From PVC group bacterium (lineage in GTDB: Bacteria > Auribacterota > Erginobacteria > Erginobacterales > Erginobacteraceae), in the NCBI GenBank assembly GCA_043804695.1, contig JAZDIV010000114.1:1-45334 (forward strand): DNA of 45,334 nucleotides, in the 5' to 3' direction. Each line of letters starts with the position of its first letter. Within the stretch, counting starts at the first letter, position 1. Position numbers and translations under genes: made by a program. Under the pieces are notes generated by a model. That model was given only the letters and a program-made list of their open reading frames with translations. It did no database searches and was not told the DNA's origin. Positions 31,026-40,182 of the stretch are shown here, piece after piece.

Positions 31026-31594
31026 CACAAAAAGATTTTTTCCACGATCTGATCGGCAAGATCGAGAGCGCCGAGATTCCTTACATGGTGACCGGTTCTT
31101 TTGCCAGCAGCTTCCATGGAGAGCCGCGGGCCTCAAATGACTCGGATATTATTATTGCTCCTACCCTGCAACAACTCGAGGTTTTTATACAATCGCTGGG
31201 TTCAGATTATTATGTTGACCCCAATACGGCCAGGGATGCGTTTTACAGAAAAACGATGTTCAATATCATTGATATCCGGAGAGGCTGGAAAGCTGACTTA
31301 ATCATTCGGAAAAATCGGGCTTTCAGCCGAGAGGAATTCCGGAGAAGAATTTCTGGCAGGATCGGTGATATCCCGGCGATGATAGTTTCTCCGGAAGATG
31401 TCATCCTCGCTAAACTGGAATGGGCAAAAACCGGACAGTCTGAACTGCAGTTCCGTGACGCTCTCGGCGTTGCCGCCATCCAATGGCAAGAACTCGATAT
31501 TGATTATCTGATGAAGTGGGGGAAAGAATTGGAAATCGATCAGATCCTCACTGCTCTACTGGAGCAGGCGAAGCAGCTTCAGTCTTCGGAATAG
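31022..31594 (+). CDS. Nucleotidyltransferase-fold protein (DUF6036-like)
   Basis: YMVTGSFAS.HGEPR.SNDSDII (GS...DxD), KADL, SPEDVILAKL. Confidence 0.8.
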   Translation: MTQKDFFHDLIGKIESAEIPYMVTGSFASSFHGEPRASNDSDIIIAPTLQQLEVFIQSLGSDYYVDPNTARDAFYRKTMFNIIDIRRGWKADLIIRKNRAFSREEFRRRISGRIGDIPAMIVSPEDVILAKLEWAKTGQSELQFRDALGVAAIQWQELDIDYLMKWGKELEIDQILTALLEQAKQLQSSE

Positions 31595-31744
31595 ACGACC
31601 CAGGCTGATAAACGATCATCTTTTTATGTTTTTTGCGCCTTTTGGCGGCTGAATAAAGGGGTCGAGGCAGGGGGAAAATTAATTTGTGTCAATTAGTGTA
31701 ATTAGTGGACTAAAGCGGGGGCTCGGCGGGGGGATAAATTCGTG

Positions 31745-32716
31745 TCATCCGCGGTTCGTCAGCAACCGGGCCGCGAAAAGGGAGAGGGACGGCTCGCTGG
31801 TCCAGGTTCTCTTCAGCGCGTAGGGATCGGAAGCGGCATCATTGACCCCTTCGATCGTCGAGCAGGCGTATTCGTACCCGGCGTGCCGGACCATCCCCTT
31901 GATCACGTCGTCAAAATCCCCCGCTTCCCCGTTCGGGTAGCAGAAGCCCGTCACCTCCCGCCCGATGATTTTTCCCAGCTGCATCCTGGAATCGATGATC
32001 TCTGTCTGGGCCCGCCGGGGCGGGATTCTGGTCAGGATCGGGTGATGGACCGTGTGGGCCCCGAAGTCGATCCCCGCCCTCGCCATCTCCCGAATCTCTT
32101 TGCCGCTCAGGATCCGGGCCGGGTTCTTCTTCGTAACCGCCAGCTGCTCCTTGATCCGCCTAAAAAGCTCTTCCCGTTCCTCCTCGTAGAGTGTCTTCAG
32201 GATCGCCTTGACCTCGCGGAAGACGTCGATCTTCGACGCCTGGTCAGACCAGCAGAACCGTTTCTCCTTTTCTCCGCGCCTGATCTCCAGCCCGGTTTTC
32301 GCCGTCTCCTTGAAGAGAAACCCCAGTTCATCTGTCCAGGGGATGTGATCCGTATCCACGAAACCGGTGGTGATAAAGATGGTGGCCGGGAGACGGTATG
32401 CCTTGAGGAGGGGGAAGGCGTTCCGGTAAACATCCTCGTATTCGTCATCGAAGGTCAGGGCCAGGGATCGGGCCGGGATCTTTTCTCCGCTCTTGACCAT
32501 CCCGACCAGCCGGTCGAGCTCCCGCACCCGGTAATTTTTCTTCAGGTATGCCATCTGCCGGGCGAAGACCCGTACCGGTACGTGGGGGAGGAACGGCTCC
32601 TCTCCGCCGGTCACGTGGTGATACATCAAAATAGGAAACGCCCCCGGCCGCCGTGACCGGAGCCAGAGCCTGAAAAATCCCGAATAGAACCCTGCTTTTG
32701 CCAAAACTCGTTTCAT
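31745..32716 (-). CDS. Polysaccharide deacetylase family protein (NodB-like)
   Basis: ILMYHHV, LTFDD, PATIFI, FGAHTVHHPIL, FCYPNG. Confidence 0.92.
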   Translation of the reverse strand: MKRVLAKAGFYSGFFRLWLRSRRPGAFPILMYHHVTGGEEPFLPHVPVRVFARQMAYLKKNYRVRELDRLVGMVKSGEKIPARSLALTFDDEYEDVYRNAFPLLKAYRLPATIFITTGFVDTDHIPWTDELGFLFKETAKTGLEIRRGEKEKRFCWSDQASKIDVFREVKAILKTLYEEEREELFRRIKEQLAVTKKNPARILSGKEIREMARAGIDFGAHTVHHPILTRIPPRRAQTEIIDSRMQLGKIIGREVTGFCYPNGEAGDFDDVIKGMVRHAGYEYACSTIEGVNDAASDPYALKRTWTSEPSLSLFAARLLTNRG

Positions 32717-32725
32717 CCATCTCGT

Positions 32726-32770
32726 CCCTTATTTAACATTTAAGGTAAAGCGTTATTTGTTAAATAAGGG
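32726..32770. repeat. Y1-transposase-associated hairpin, copy 1
   Basis: CCCTTATTTAACA-tt-TAAGGTAAAGCGTTA-tt-TGTTAAATAAGGG; contains the transposase stop codon. Confidence 0.9.
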
Positions 32771-33696
32771 TTTTGGTTTTTTTGTTTTGCGAGCACTGCA
32801 TATACGGTCGGGTATGAACTATCGAGGTAGTCCGCAATCTCCCGGGCGGAGAACCCTCTCGACTTCAGTTGCAATACGGCATACTCCCTGGCTCTGATAT
32901 CCCCCGGTTCAGTCAGTCTTCTCTTCCCCTTCAGCCGTTCAACTGCTTCGTCCAGTGCTTTATCACACGTGTAACCCTCAGCTAATATCTTCTCTTCCTG
33001 GATCGCCTGTTTATTCTCAAATACTCCGGGAAAATTTTTATGAAGCCATGTACTGAACTTACCGATAACTTTCGTATCTTCTGTTATCTCTCCGGCTTTA
33101 TAACCTCCGGATTTATCCAAGAGATTGATATATTTATTTTTTGCCCGGGTGATATCTTCATTGAGCATCCGTAAAATAAAATTGTAATCCACGAAACTGT
33201 CCGGTTGTCGGGGTTGGCAATATAATTGCCAGGATGACCACCGGTATGAGGAGTAATGCCTCACTATGCCGGCGCGTACGGGGTTCATATGAATATAGAT
33301 CGAAGCGGCCAGTAAATAATAATCGTCAAAACAAGCCGCCTGACGAAACGGTCCACAGAAAAGATGACCGATTCTATTATACTTATTATTGAAATAAATG
33401 GCGTATCGCGTGAAGAGATTATGCATCGATTCCGATAAATTTTCCTGGAGTTGCTTGATTAAAATATGGACATGATTTTGGAGCAGGCAAAACGCTAAAA
33501 AGGTGAGGTCATAATCTTCTTTCAACTCTTTGAGCAATTTAAGCATATACAAGTAATCCGCGTCTTCGACAAAGAGCAATCCCTTCCCGGCCGCCCGCTG
33601 GGTAATATGAGAAATTAATCCCGGGAAACTAAGCTTCCGTCTGGCTCTGAAGTACCGCTTAATCTTCCCCTGTCGTATTAGTTCTAATACATCCAT
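32740..33696 (-). CDS. Y1/HUH transposase (IS200-like / RAYT) with C-terminal HTH
   Basis: HITQR, AFCLLQNHVHIL (HUH), GHLF, YIHMNPVRAG (catalytic Tyr), YRWSS; C-term GFSAREIADYL. Confidence 0.9.
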   Translation of the reverse strand: MDVLELIRQGKIKRYFRARRKLSFPGLISHITQRAAGKGLLFVEDADYLYMLKLLKELKEDYDLTFLAFCLLQNHVHILIKQLQENLSESMHNLFTRYAIYFNNKYNRIGHLFCGPFRQAACFDDYYLLAASIYIHMNPVRAGIVRHYSSYRWSSWQLYCQPRQPDSFVDYNFILRMLNEDITRAKNKYINLLDKSGGYKAGEITEDTKVIGKFSTWLHKNFPGVFENKQAIQEEKILAEGYTCDKALDEAVERLKGKRRLTEPGDIRAREYAVLQLKSRGFSAREIADYLDSSYPTVYAVLAKQKNQNPYLTNNALP

Positions 33697-33710
33697 GGTC
33701 TAATAATGCT

Positions 33711-33751
33711 CTTATTTAACATATAAGGTAAAGCGTTATTTGTTAAATAAG
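33711..33751. repeat. Hairpin, copy 2
   Basis: CTTATTTAACA-ta-TAAGGTAAAGCGTTA-tt-TGTTAAATAAG. Confidence 0.9.
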
Positions 33752-33755
33752 GAGA

Positions 33756-34880
33756 TTAGTAACGGCGAAAGAGGGATGTGAAGAGGTCCCGCTTGTGACC
33801 GAGAACAAGGGCGGGCATCAGGTCGCACTGGGAATAGCAGGCGCACTTCCCTTCCGCGATGAATCGGCGGATGCGGGTCATGGGTTCGCCATACCAGACT
33901 TCTTCAAAAGACCGGTTCGCCAGGTCGCCGACCGGCTTCAGCAAGGTGGGGCAGTTATAGACTTTGCCGTCGTTATGAATCAGGATGGAGATAAATGACG
34001 AGAAACATCGGCCGGCGGGGAGCGATTTTTTTTCAATAAAGGTCTGTCTCATGTATCCGATCAGCTCCCGATGAAAAATAATCTCTGCCTGGCGGTAGAT
34101 CCGGTGCATAAAGGTATTGTGCTGGAGAGGGCACCGTTTCTGGCGCCGGACTATCTCCTCCAGCTGACTTATGATCTCCCGGGTTTCATCAGGAGTAAAG
34201 ATGTAACTCTTGTCGCCGATATTGTCGGTAAAACCGAACTCACTGGCCGGCTTGGTCGTGAACTCAGCCCCCAGTTCCCGGGAGAGGTGAAACACCGGCA
34301 ATAACTGCCAGTAATTATCCCGCATGATGGTGAATTTAATCGTCGGCTTGAGATTTGAATGCCGGCGGCTCAATGCCATCAGGCCGGTCAGGGTCTCTAG
34401 CGCCCGGTCAAACGTCCCCGTCACGCCCCTGATCCGGTCGTGTTCGTCTTTCAAACCATCGAGGGAAATGTCCATTACCAGGGCAAATGTGTATTTCCTG
34501 ATCAGGTGATTGACCGTCCGCAGTGTTCTGTCCGGCAGCGTGCCGTTGGACGAGAAGAGAACCGTTTTATAACGCCCTCCCCCTGCCAACTCGATCAGGC
34601 GTTCAACATCGGTTAAAAAAGGCTCTCCTCCGGTGATATCGAGAACCTGGAGCCCGCGAGCGAGGGGAGACCGATTGAGGTTGATCAGTGCCTGTTCGGG
34701 AAGGTCAATTTTCGGCTCCTGTTTCCAGAGGTTGCACATCTGGCATTTCAGGTTGCACCGGTTGGTGGTGGTTAGGTGAAGAATAACCGGCCGCAGGAGA
34801 CGGTCGTTCTTCAACCGCATCCCCAGATCGGTCATTAAAATGTTTTTAAGCAATTGAATCATTACTTCCAAATCGCACAA
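33756..34880 (-). CDS. Radical SAM / SPASM-like domain protein
   Basis: CNLKCQMC, ITGGEP, ISLDG...HDRIRG, C-terminal Cys cluster. Confidence 0.9.
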   Translation of the reverse strand: MCDLEVMIQLLKNILMTDLGMRLKNDRLLRPVILHLTTTNRCNLKCQMCNLWKQEPKIDLPEQALINLNRSPLARGLQVLDITGGEPFLTDVERLIELAGGGRYKTVLFSSNGTLPDRTLRTVNHLIRKYTFALVMDISLDGLKDEHDRIRGVTGTFDRALETLTGLMALSRRHSNLKPTIKFTIMRDNYWQLLPVFHLSRELGAEFTTKPASEFGFTDNIGDKSYIFTPDETREIISQLEEIVRRQKRCPLQHNTFMHRIYRQAEIIFHRELIGYMRQTFIEKKSLPAGRCFSSFISILIHNDGKVYNCPTLLKPVGDLANRSFEEVWYGEPMTRIRRFIAEGKCACYSQCDLMPALVLGHKRDLFTSLFRRY

Positions 34881-34886
34881 ACCAAT

Positions 34887-34929
34887 CCTTATTTAACAAA
34901 TAAGGTAAAGCGTTATATGTTAAATAAGG
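34887..34929. repeat. Hairpin, copy 3
   Basis: CCTTATTTAACA-aa-TAAGGTAAAGCGTTA-ta-TGTTAAATAAGG. Confidence 0.9.
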
Positions 34930-34931
34930 GC

Positions 34932-36158
34932 TTAATTGTATCCGTTTTGACGGAGAAAGGCACCTATTCTTACAGCGGCGATCTTATTCGCCTCTTCGTT
35001 CCAGTGATTGTCGTGAATAAAATACAGGTTTGTTCCCCGGGCGGATCTGTCGATAAATTCCCCGGTGAGATCGATGACCGGAATATTGTTGCTCTTTAAC
35101 AGGCTGCTCAGGCTCCGGACGGCTTCTTCCCGTCGAATAATCTCCTCGTCTTTAATCTTGAGAAGGAATTTCTTTCCGGCGCCGCCGGGGAGATGGTAAT
35201 TGATCACCTCCTTCGAGGGGACAATCAATACCAGGATTCCCTCAGCCCCGGCTGCCCGGGCGGTTTTTCCCAGACGATCGACGATCGCCCCGGTCAGACG
35301 GACGTCCTCCTCCACCGTTCTCCCCGGCTCAACCAATCGTAGTTTCTCCAGGATATTCCTGGCCGGTCCGAGCATTTTCAAGCGGCTGCTCAGCAATGCA
35401 TACAACCGGGAATGGGAGAGGATGTCTTTCTTGAGAAAATGAAAAAAACCGGCGGCGGCGGGCCGGGGAGTGGAAATCTCCCTTCCCCCGGCCGCGCCGG
35501 ATACGGAATCCTGTGCCCGGGGGACAGGGATGCCGTGCCGTTCCAGTTTATCCCCCCGTAAAGTAAAATACGGTTTTGCTTTCCCGTAATTAGCCCTCAG
35601 GCCGTTATGAAAGATGTCGGTGTCGTGAACCAGGAGGATAACCAGATCCGGGCCATACTTGATCCCCTCGCGCTCGAACAGGGTACACTCCTGGTCGGTG
35701 CCGTACCCCATCACGCCCATGTTGATCACCTGGGTGGCGGGGAAATCCCGATCCAGGATATCCGAGAACCGTTCCTCGGGCTTCAATCCATAGCCCCAGG
35801 CAAAGGAGTCCCCCAGGACCGCGATCCTCTTCGCCCCGGCCGGTTTTTGATAGCCGATATCTCGCTCCCGCAGGCCGCGGGAATTGATTTCCAGACGGGA
35901 GACCCGGCTGTCCGGTCCATAGCTGGTCCCGGAAACCCCCGGCTTATTCACCCAGCCCAGATGCGGATCATACTGCTCGGTGTTCACCGGCCGGCCCGGA
36001 TCGGGAGTGAAGGAGGCGGGGGGAATATCTGCCGGCCGGGGAGCGCTCAGGCCACCTCGACCGGAGACAAAAAAACGAATGCCCAGTTCCAGGATAACCG
36101 CGGCAATGACCAGGCTGACAAGCAGCAGCAGGAGATTTTTAAGCGCCCTCGCCGGCAA
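34932..36158 (-). CDS. Membrane-anchored SGNH/GDSL hydrolase-like protein
   Basis: N-terminal TM, INSRGLR, LGDSFAWG, NMGVMGYGT, DNHWN; likely TTG start at 36158. Confidence 0.85.
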   Translation of the reverse strand: MPARALKNLLLLLVSLVIAAVILELGIRFFVSGRGGLSAPRPADIPPASFTPDPGRPVNTEQYDPHLGWVNKPGVSGTSYGPDSRVSRLEINSRGLRERDIGYQKPAGAKRIAVLGDSFAWGYGLKPEERFSDILDRDFPATQVINMGVMGYGTDQECTLFEREGIKYGPDLVILLVHDTDIFHNGLRANYGKAKPYFTLRGDKLERHGIPVPRAQDSVSGAAGGREISTPRPAAAGFFHFLKKDILSHSRLYALLSSRLKMLGPARNILEKLRLVEPGRTVEEDVRLTGAIVDRLGKTARAAGAEGILVLIVPSKEVINYHLPGGAGKKFLLKIKDEEIIRREEAVRSLSSLLKSNNIPVIDLTGEFIDRSARGTNLYFIHDNHWNEEANKIAAVRIGAFLRQNGYN

Positions 36159-36855
36159 CGTCTTTCCTCTTCCACTTCTTGATGCCTTTAAACCGGAGCT
36201 GGAACAGGAAGAACCAGTTGGTAAACCCATCCTTCCAGAGATTGAGGGCGCTCTCTCCCACCCGGTCGAAATAGAGGATGGGGACTTCGGCGGCCCTGAT
36301 GTCATCCCGGATAAAAGCCCGGAGCTTTATCTCCTCGGAGAACCCCATCCCGTCGCTGATCGGCTCGATTTCCGGGAAGATCTTCTTATAGAAAACCCAC
36401 ATACCCGACTGGGAGTCGAGGATATTCTTGAAGAAAAGAATCTTGGTCGTGGCCGTGAGAACAATATTCCCGATCAGACGCAGCAACCCGTTGAGATCCC
36501 GCCAGCGGTCAGGCATGCGGCGGCAGCTGATGAAATCGAGATTTCGGCTGATCAGGTTGTCCACCACCCGCTTGATGCTCTCGCAGGGGTAGGTGACATC
36601 GCCGTCCATCGTCACGATGATATCCCCTGCCGCCGCCTTGATCCCCGCCCGATGGGCGGCTCCGTACCCCGGGATAGTCTCGGCGACAACCCGGGCGCCG
36701 CCGGCCTTCGCGGCCCGGGCCGTGTTGTCGGTGCAATTATTGTCCACCACGACAACCTCATCCACGATTTCAGGGATCATTTTCAAGAGCTGTTTAATCC
36801 CCTCCTCCTCGTTATGGCACGGGATCACCATGGATATCTTCTTCTCTCTATACAT
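36139..36855 (-). CDS. GT2 glycosyltransferase (DPM1 / polyprenol-phosphate type)
   Basis: VIPCHNEE, VDNNCTD, GYGAA, MDGD, DSQSG, RVGES. Confidence 0.92.
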   Translation of the reverse strand: MYREKKISMVIPCHNEEEGIKQLLKMIPEIVDEVVVVDNNCTDNTARAAKAGGARVVAETIPGYGAAHRAGIKAAAGDIIVTMDGDVTYPCESIKRVVDNLISRNLDFISCRRMPDRWRDLNGLLRLIGNIVLTATTKILFFKNILDSQSGMWVFYKKIFPEIEPISDGMGFSEEIKLRAFIRDDIRAAEVPILYFDRVGESALNLWKDGFTNWFFLFQLRFKGIKKWKRKDVAGEGA

Positions 36856-36979
36856 CTTGAACTCCTGTTTCGTTAGTGCTTCAGAATAATAAAGAGATTA
36901 GCACCTTCGGCGCAACTTTGCACTACCAAGACACCAAGACACAAAGGAAAGATTTAAAGATGTAACAATTATGCTTTTC

Positions 36980-37303
36980 CGTAACACTTTAGCTCTTTGA
37001 AATTATAAGGTTACACTGAACGTATCTCCTCGTAGCGGCAGCCTTTAGAGGCTGTCCGATAATTCGGATTTTAGGCACTTTAAAGGTCATTGCGAGGAGC
37101 GCAGCGACGAAGCAATCCCATTATTTTAGATAAGAGGCGGTTATGAATGAAAAAATAGTTTGCTTCGCCCCTTCGGGGCTCGCAATGACATTTCAGGGTT
37201 TACCGGACAGCCTCTTTAGGCTGCCACCTAATGGCGACCTGAAGGTCGCCGCTACGAGCAGGGCGAGATCATGGTTATAATTTCAAAGAGCTAACGTGTT
37301 ACG
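36980..37303. mobile_element. MITE with 29-bp TIRs and target duplication, carrying a REP doublet
   Basis: CGTAACACTTTAGCTCTTTGAAATTATAA / TTATAATTTCAAAGAGCTAACGTGTTACG (1 mismatch); CTTTTC on both flanks. Confidence 0.85.
37048..37214. mobile_element. 167-bp MITE in a REP loop (TTTA duplicated)
   Basis: GTAGCGGCAGCC-TTTA-[element]-TTTA-GGCTGCC. Confidence 0.9.
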
Positions 37304-37498
37304 CTTTTCCTTGTTTTCTAATTATTTCTTTGTGTCTTAGTAGTGTCTTTGTGGCAAATTTATTGTCCCGATTCATTGCGAGAGTAGTATGGAATCAGCC
37401 TGTTGGCAAGCAGGAAAGGCAGAGGGGAAGCATGCTGCGGGAAGAACGGGCCAAAACTCCATTCAATCAACCTGATGAGAAACGCGCCGCCGGCGAAC

Positions 37499-38030
37499 TC
37501 ACCGGGTAACCGGAATGTTTCCGCCGGTACCGAAATAGACCCGGCCGACCCCCCGGATAGACCAGAGCGCGGTGCCCGGGCGGCAGACGGCAAGATCGGC
37601 GATTCTATCGCCGTCGTAATCACCGGAGACAATGTTCGTCCGGAAGATACGCTCTCACCTCGGCATCCGCCAGAGGGCTGGACGTTCCTCTGACAGTCAC
37701 CTTCCCCGAAACAGTAAAACACCGGATGATGGTGACAGTCGGGCCGGGAGTCGGCGTGGCGGCGGCGGACTCGGGGTCGCGGTGGGGGTCGGAGAGGGAG
37801 TGCAGGTCGGTGTCGGCGTGGGGGTACAGGTGGGGGTCGGAGAGAGAGTACAGGTCGGTGTCGGAGTCGCGGTTGGCGGAGGGGGCGGAGACGGGGCAGG
37901 GGTAGCGGTAACCTGAGTAAATTTGAGCACAAAGAGATCACCACGAATTCCGGCGAGGGTTGACTGGAATGATTGCTTGGTAGAAAAATCAGATGCGGTA
38001 GTGAAACCCGTCAGGTACGCGGCGTTTAAA
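37499..38030 (-). pseudogene. Frameshifted remnant of a surface protein (SBBP-like repeat, Pro/Thr linker, FG-GAP-like C-terminal repeat)
   Basis: Pieces in different frames: YLTGFTTASDF..DLFVLKF; PTPTCTP; VSGKVT..LADAEV; GDYDGDRIADLAVCRPGTALWSIRGVGRVYFGTGGNIPVTR-stop. Confidence 0.8.
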
Positions 38031-38105
38031 AGATAATTCAACCCACGCAAAATGGAATAAAACCTAAAATATAAATGTCAGTGAACGACTGAATCTCGAC
38101 CGGCC

Positions 38106-39524
38106 TTAAAACCGTCGGAAGACATCGAGAGCCGTCTTCATGTATTTTAAGAGATCGCCCGGAGAGCGGATCTGGCGGAGCAGCTTGAAGATGTATTTCG
38201 GCCGGTAATAAAACCTCCGGTACGCTTCTCTAATATACTTCTCCAGGCTCTTCTCATCAAAACCAGTCTGGTATGAGGCGTGCTTGGCATCGAAATGAGT
38301 CCAATCGCCGCCCAGCTTTTTCTTCATCTGCTCAAAAAGTTCGCACCCGGGATACGGGGTATTGATATTGAAGGAAGCGAAGCCGGCGGGCAATTCCAGG
38401 GCCAGCTCTATGGTCTCCTCCACGTTCTTGTCAGTCTCGCCCGGGTTGCCGAGCATAAAGAAAGCCGCCGGATCAATACCCGTCTCCTTGCTCCACCGGA
38501 AGGCGTCCTTGATCTGCCGGACGGTCGTGTTCTTCCCCAGAGCGCGGAGCACTTCTTCCGATCCCGATTCCACCCCGAACTGGATCTGGTAGCAGCCGGC
38601 CTTCTTCATCCACCCCAGGACCTCGGGGTCAACGGTATCCACCCGGGAAAGGCAGATCCACTCAATATTCAGCCCTTCCTTGATGATCCTCCGGCAGATG
38701 GCGATCACCCGCGCGCGATCGATGGTAAAGGTGTCGTCCCAGAAACCGATATCGCGGATCCGGTAGCGATTGACCATCTCTTTCAATTCGGAAATAACAC
38801 TCTCCACCGACCGGGCGCGCCAGGTTTTCCCATAATATCCCCGGGTGGCGCAGTACACGCACTGGAAGGGGCACCCCCGGGCGGTCACGATCAAGCCGAA
38901 CGGTACCTGCCGGGCAAAAGGAGCGGCATATTTCTCATTGGGGAGCAGATCGCGGGCCGGAAACGGGAATACATCTACATCTTCCAGCAATGGCTGGTCG
39001 GGATTGCTCCGGCATTCATCCCCCGCACGATAGGAAATGCCTTTTATCCCGTTAATCCCCCGCCCCTCTTCCAGGGCTTTAATAAGGTGGCTGGCCGCTT
39101 GCTCCGGTTCACCCCGGATTACATAATCAAGCGGGACCGCCCGGAGGCTTTTCTCCGGCAAAGCGGTAACGTGAGGGCCGACCGCAACTACCCGGAGGAC
39201 CGGAAGACTCTCTTTCAACATGCGGATCCATCGCCGGGAAAACTCCAGCGTCGGGGTTCCCAGGACGAAAAAGATAACGTCGGGAGATATTTCTTTAATC
39301 CGACAAAGAGCCGGTTCAAGATCCAGATCCTCCGCCAGGCAATCCAGAATATCCACGTCAGCCCGGGTCCATTCCCGGAGAGCGGAAGCCAGGTAAGCCA
39401 GGCCGATGGGGGTCAAAATATAATGCGACTTCAAGACAATCCCCGCGCAGCGGGAGAGAACCGCGTCGGTCTGAATGGAGGAATTCTTATCTTCCGCCGG
39501 AGGAATCAGGCAAAGTACTTTCAT
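38106..39524 (-). CDS. Cobalamin-dependent (class B type) radical SAM protein
   Basis: PIGLAYLAS, GPHVT, RGEPE, TARGCPFQCVYC, DDTF, GVESGS. Confidence 0.92.
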   Translation of the reverse strand: MKVLCLIPPAEDKNSSIQTDAVLSRCAGIVLKSHYILTPIGLAYLASALREWTRADVDILDCLAEDLDLEPALCRIKEISPDVIFFVLGTPTLEFSRRWIRMLKESLPVLRVVAVGPHVTALPEKSLRAVPLDYVIRGEPEQAASHLIKALEEGRGINGIKGISYRAGDECRSNPDQPLLEDVDVFPFPARDLLPNEKYAAPFARQVPFGLIVTARGCPFQCVYCATRGYYGKTWRARSVESVISELKEMVNRYRIRDIGFWDDTFTIDRARVIAICRRIIKEGLNIEWICLSRVDTVDPEVLGWMKKAGCYQIQFGVESGSEEVLRALGKNTTVRQIKDAFRWSKETGIDPAAFFMLGNPGETDKNVEETIELALELPAGFASFNINTPYPGCELFEQMKKKLGGDWTHFDAKHASYQTGFDEKSLEKYIREAYRRFYYRPKYIFKLLRQIRSPGDLLKYMKTALDVFRRF

Positions 39525-39578
39525 TTATATTTTTCCTTCGGAAAAATATTAGTTAACCCGATTTATACATAAATCGGG

Positions 39579-39869
39579 TTAGACTCGATGTTTCCAGTAG
39601 CCGGGGTGCCGATGGAGATTAGCGACGGCGATGATCCGAAGTATGCCGGATTTTACCTGATAGATAATACCGTAGGGGAATCGGTTAATAATGCATCGTC
39701 TGGTACTTTTCGACATCTTTGACCATGCGTTCGGGTATTCAGAAATGCGGGCGATTGTGGCATAAACTTCTTCCGCGAATTCGAGACCAAGGCCGATCAG
39801 GCACTTTTCATAATACTCCACGGCTTTGTCGAATTCGTCGTCAGCCTCAGGATGGAAATAGAACTTCAT
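39579..39869 (-). CDS. RelE/ParE family toxin
   Basis: FHPEADDE, GLGLEF, RRCIINRFPYGIIY, IIAVANLHR.PGYW. Confidence 0.92.
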   Translation of the reverse strand: MKFYFHPEADDEFDKAVEYYEKCLIGLGLEFAEEVYATIARISEYPNAWSKMSKSTRRCIINRFPYGIIYQVKSGILRIIAVANLHRHPGYWKHRV

Positions 39870-40099
39870 CTCTGATATTTGTTTCGTATCTTCTCAAACA
39901 CCACATCTCCAGGGATAAGTTCTACTTCACCTCGATCGATCTGGGTCACCCGACGCTCAGCTTCTTCTGCCCATAAGCGGTCAATTTCCGACTGAGTCGG
40001 AAGATTTAAGCTGGCGAGGAGCCTTTCAATGAGACTCACCCGGGCATCGGCCGGGAGTGACAGGGCTTCGTCAAATATCTTATTCGAAACCGTTGGCAT
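39866..40099 (-). CDS. Addiction module antitoxin (TIGR02574-like)
   Basis: EALSLP..R..L...LLASL, WAEEAERR; SD AGGAGG; overlaps the toxin start. Confidence 0.9.
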   Translation of the reverse strand: MPTVSNKIFDEALSLPADARVSLIERLLASLNLPTQSEIDRLWAEEAERRVTQIDRGEVELIPGDVVFEKIRNKYQR

Positions 40100-40182
40100 A
40101 TTATACCTCCTTTCAGACTTATTTAAGCACATCTAGAATCTCTATGCACTGATTGATTAGTAAAGATTCGCGAGATTCGCGA

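Noticed and set aside
32726..34929. CRISPR array
   Set aside because: The repeats are ~1 kb apart and separated by whole genes; no cas genes are in the window.
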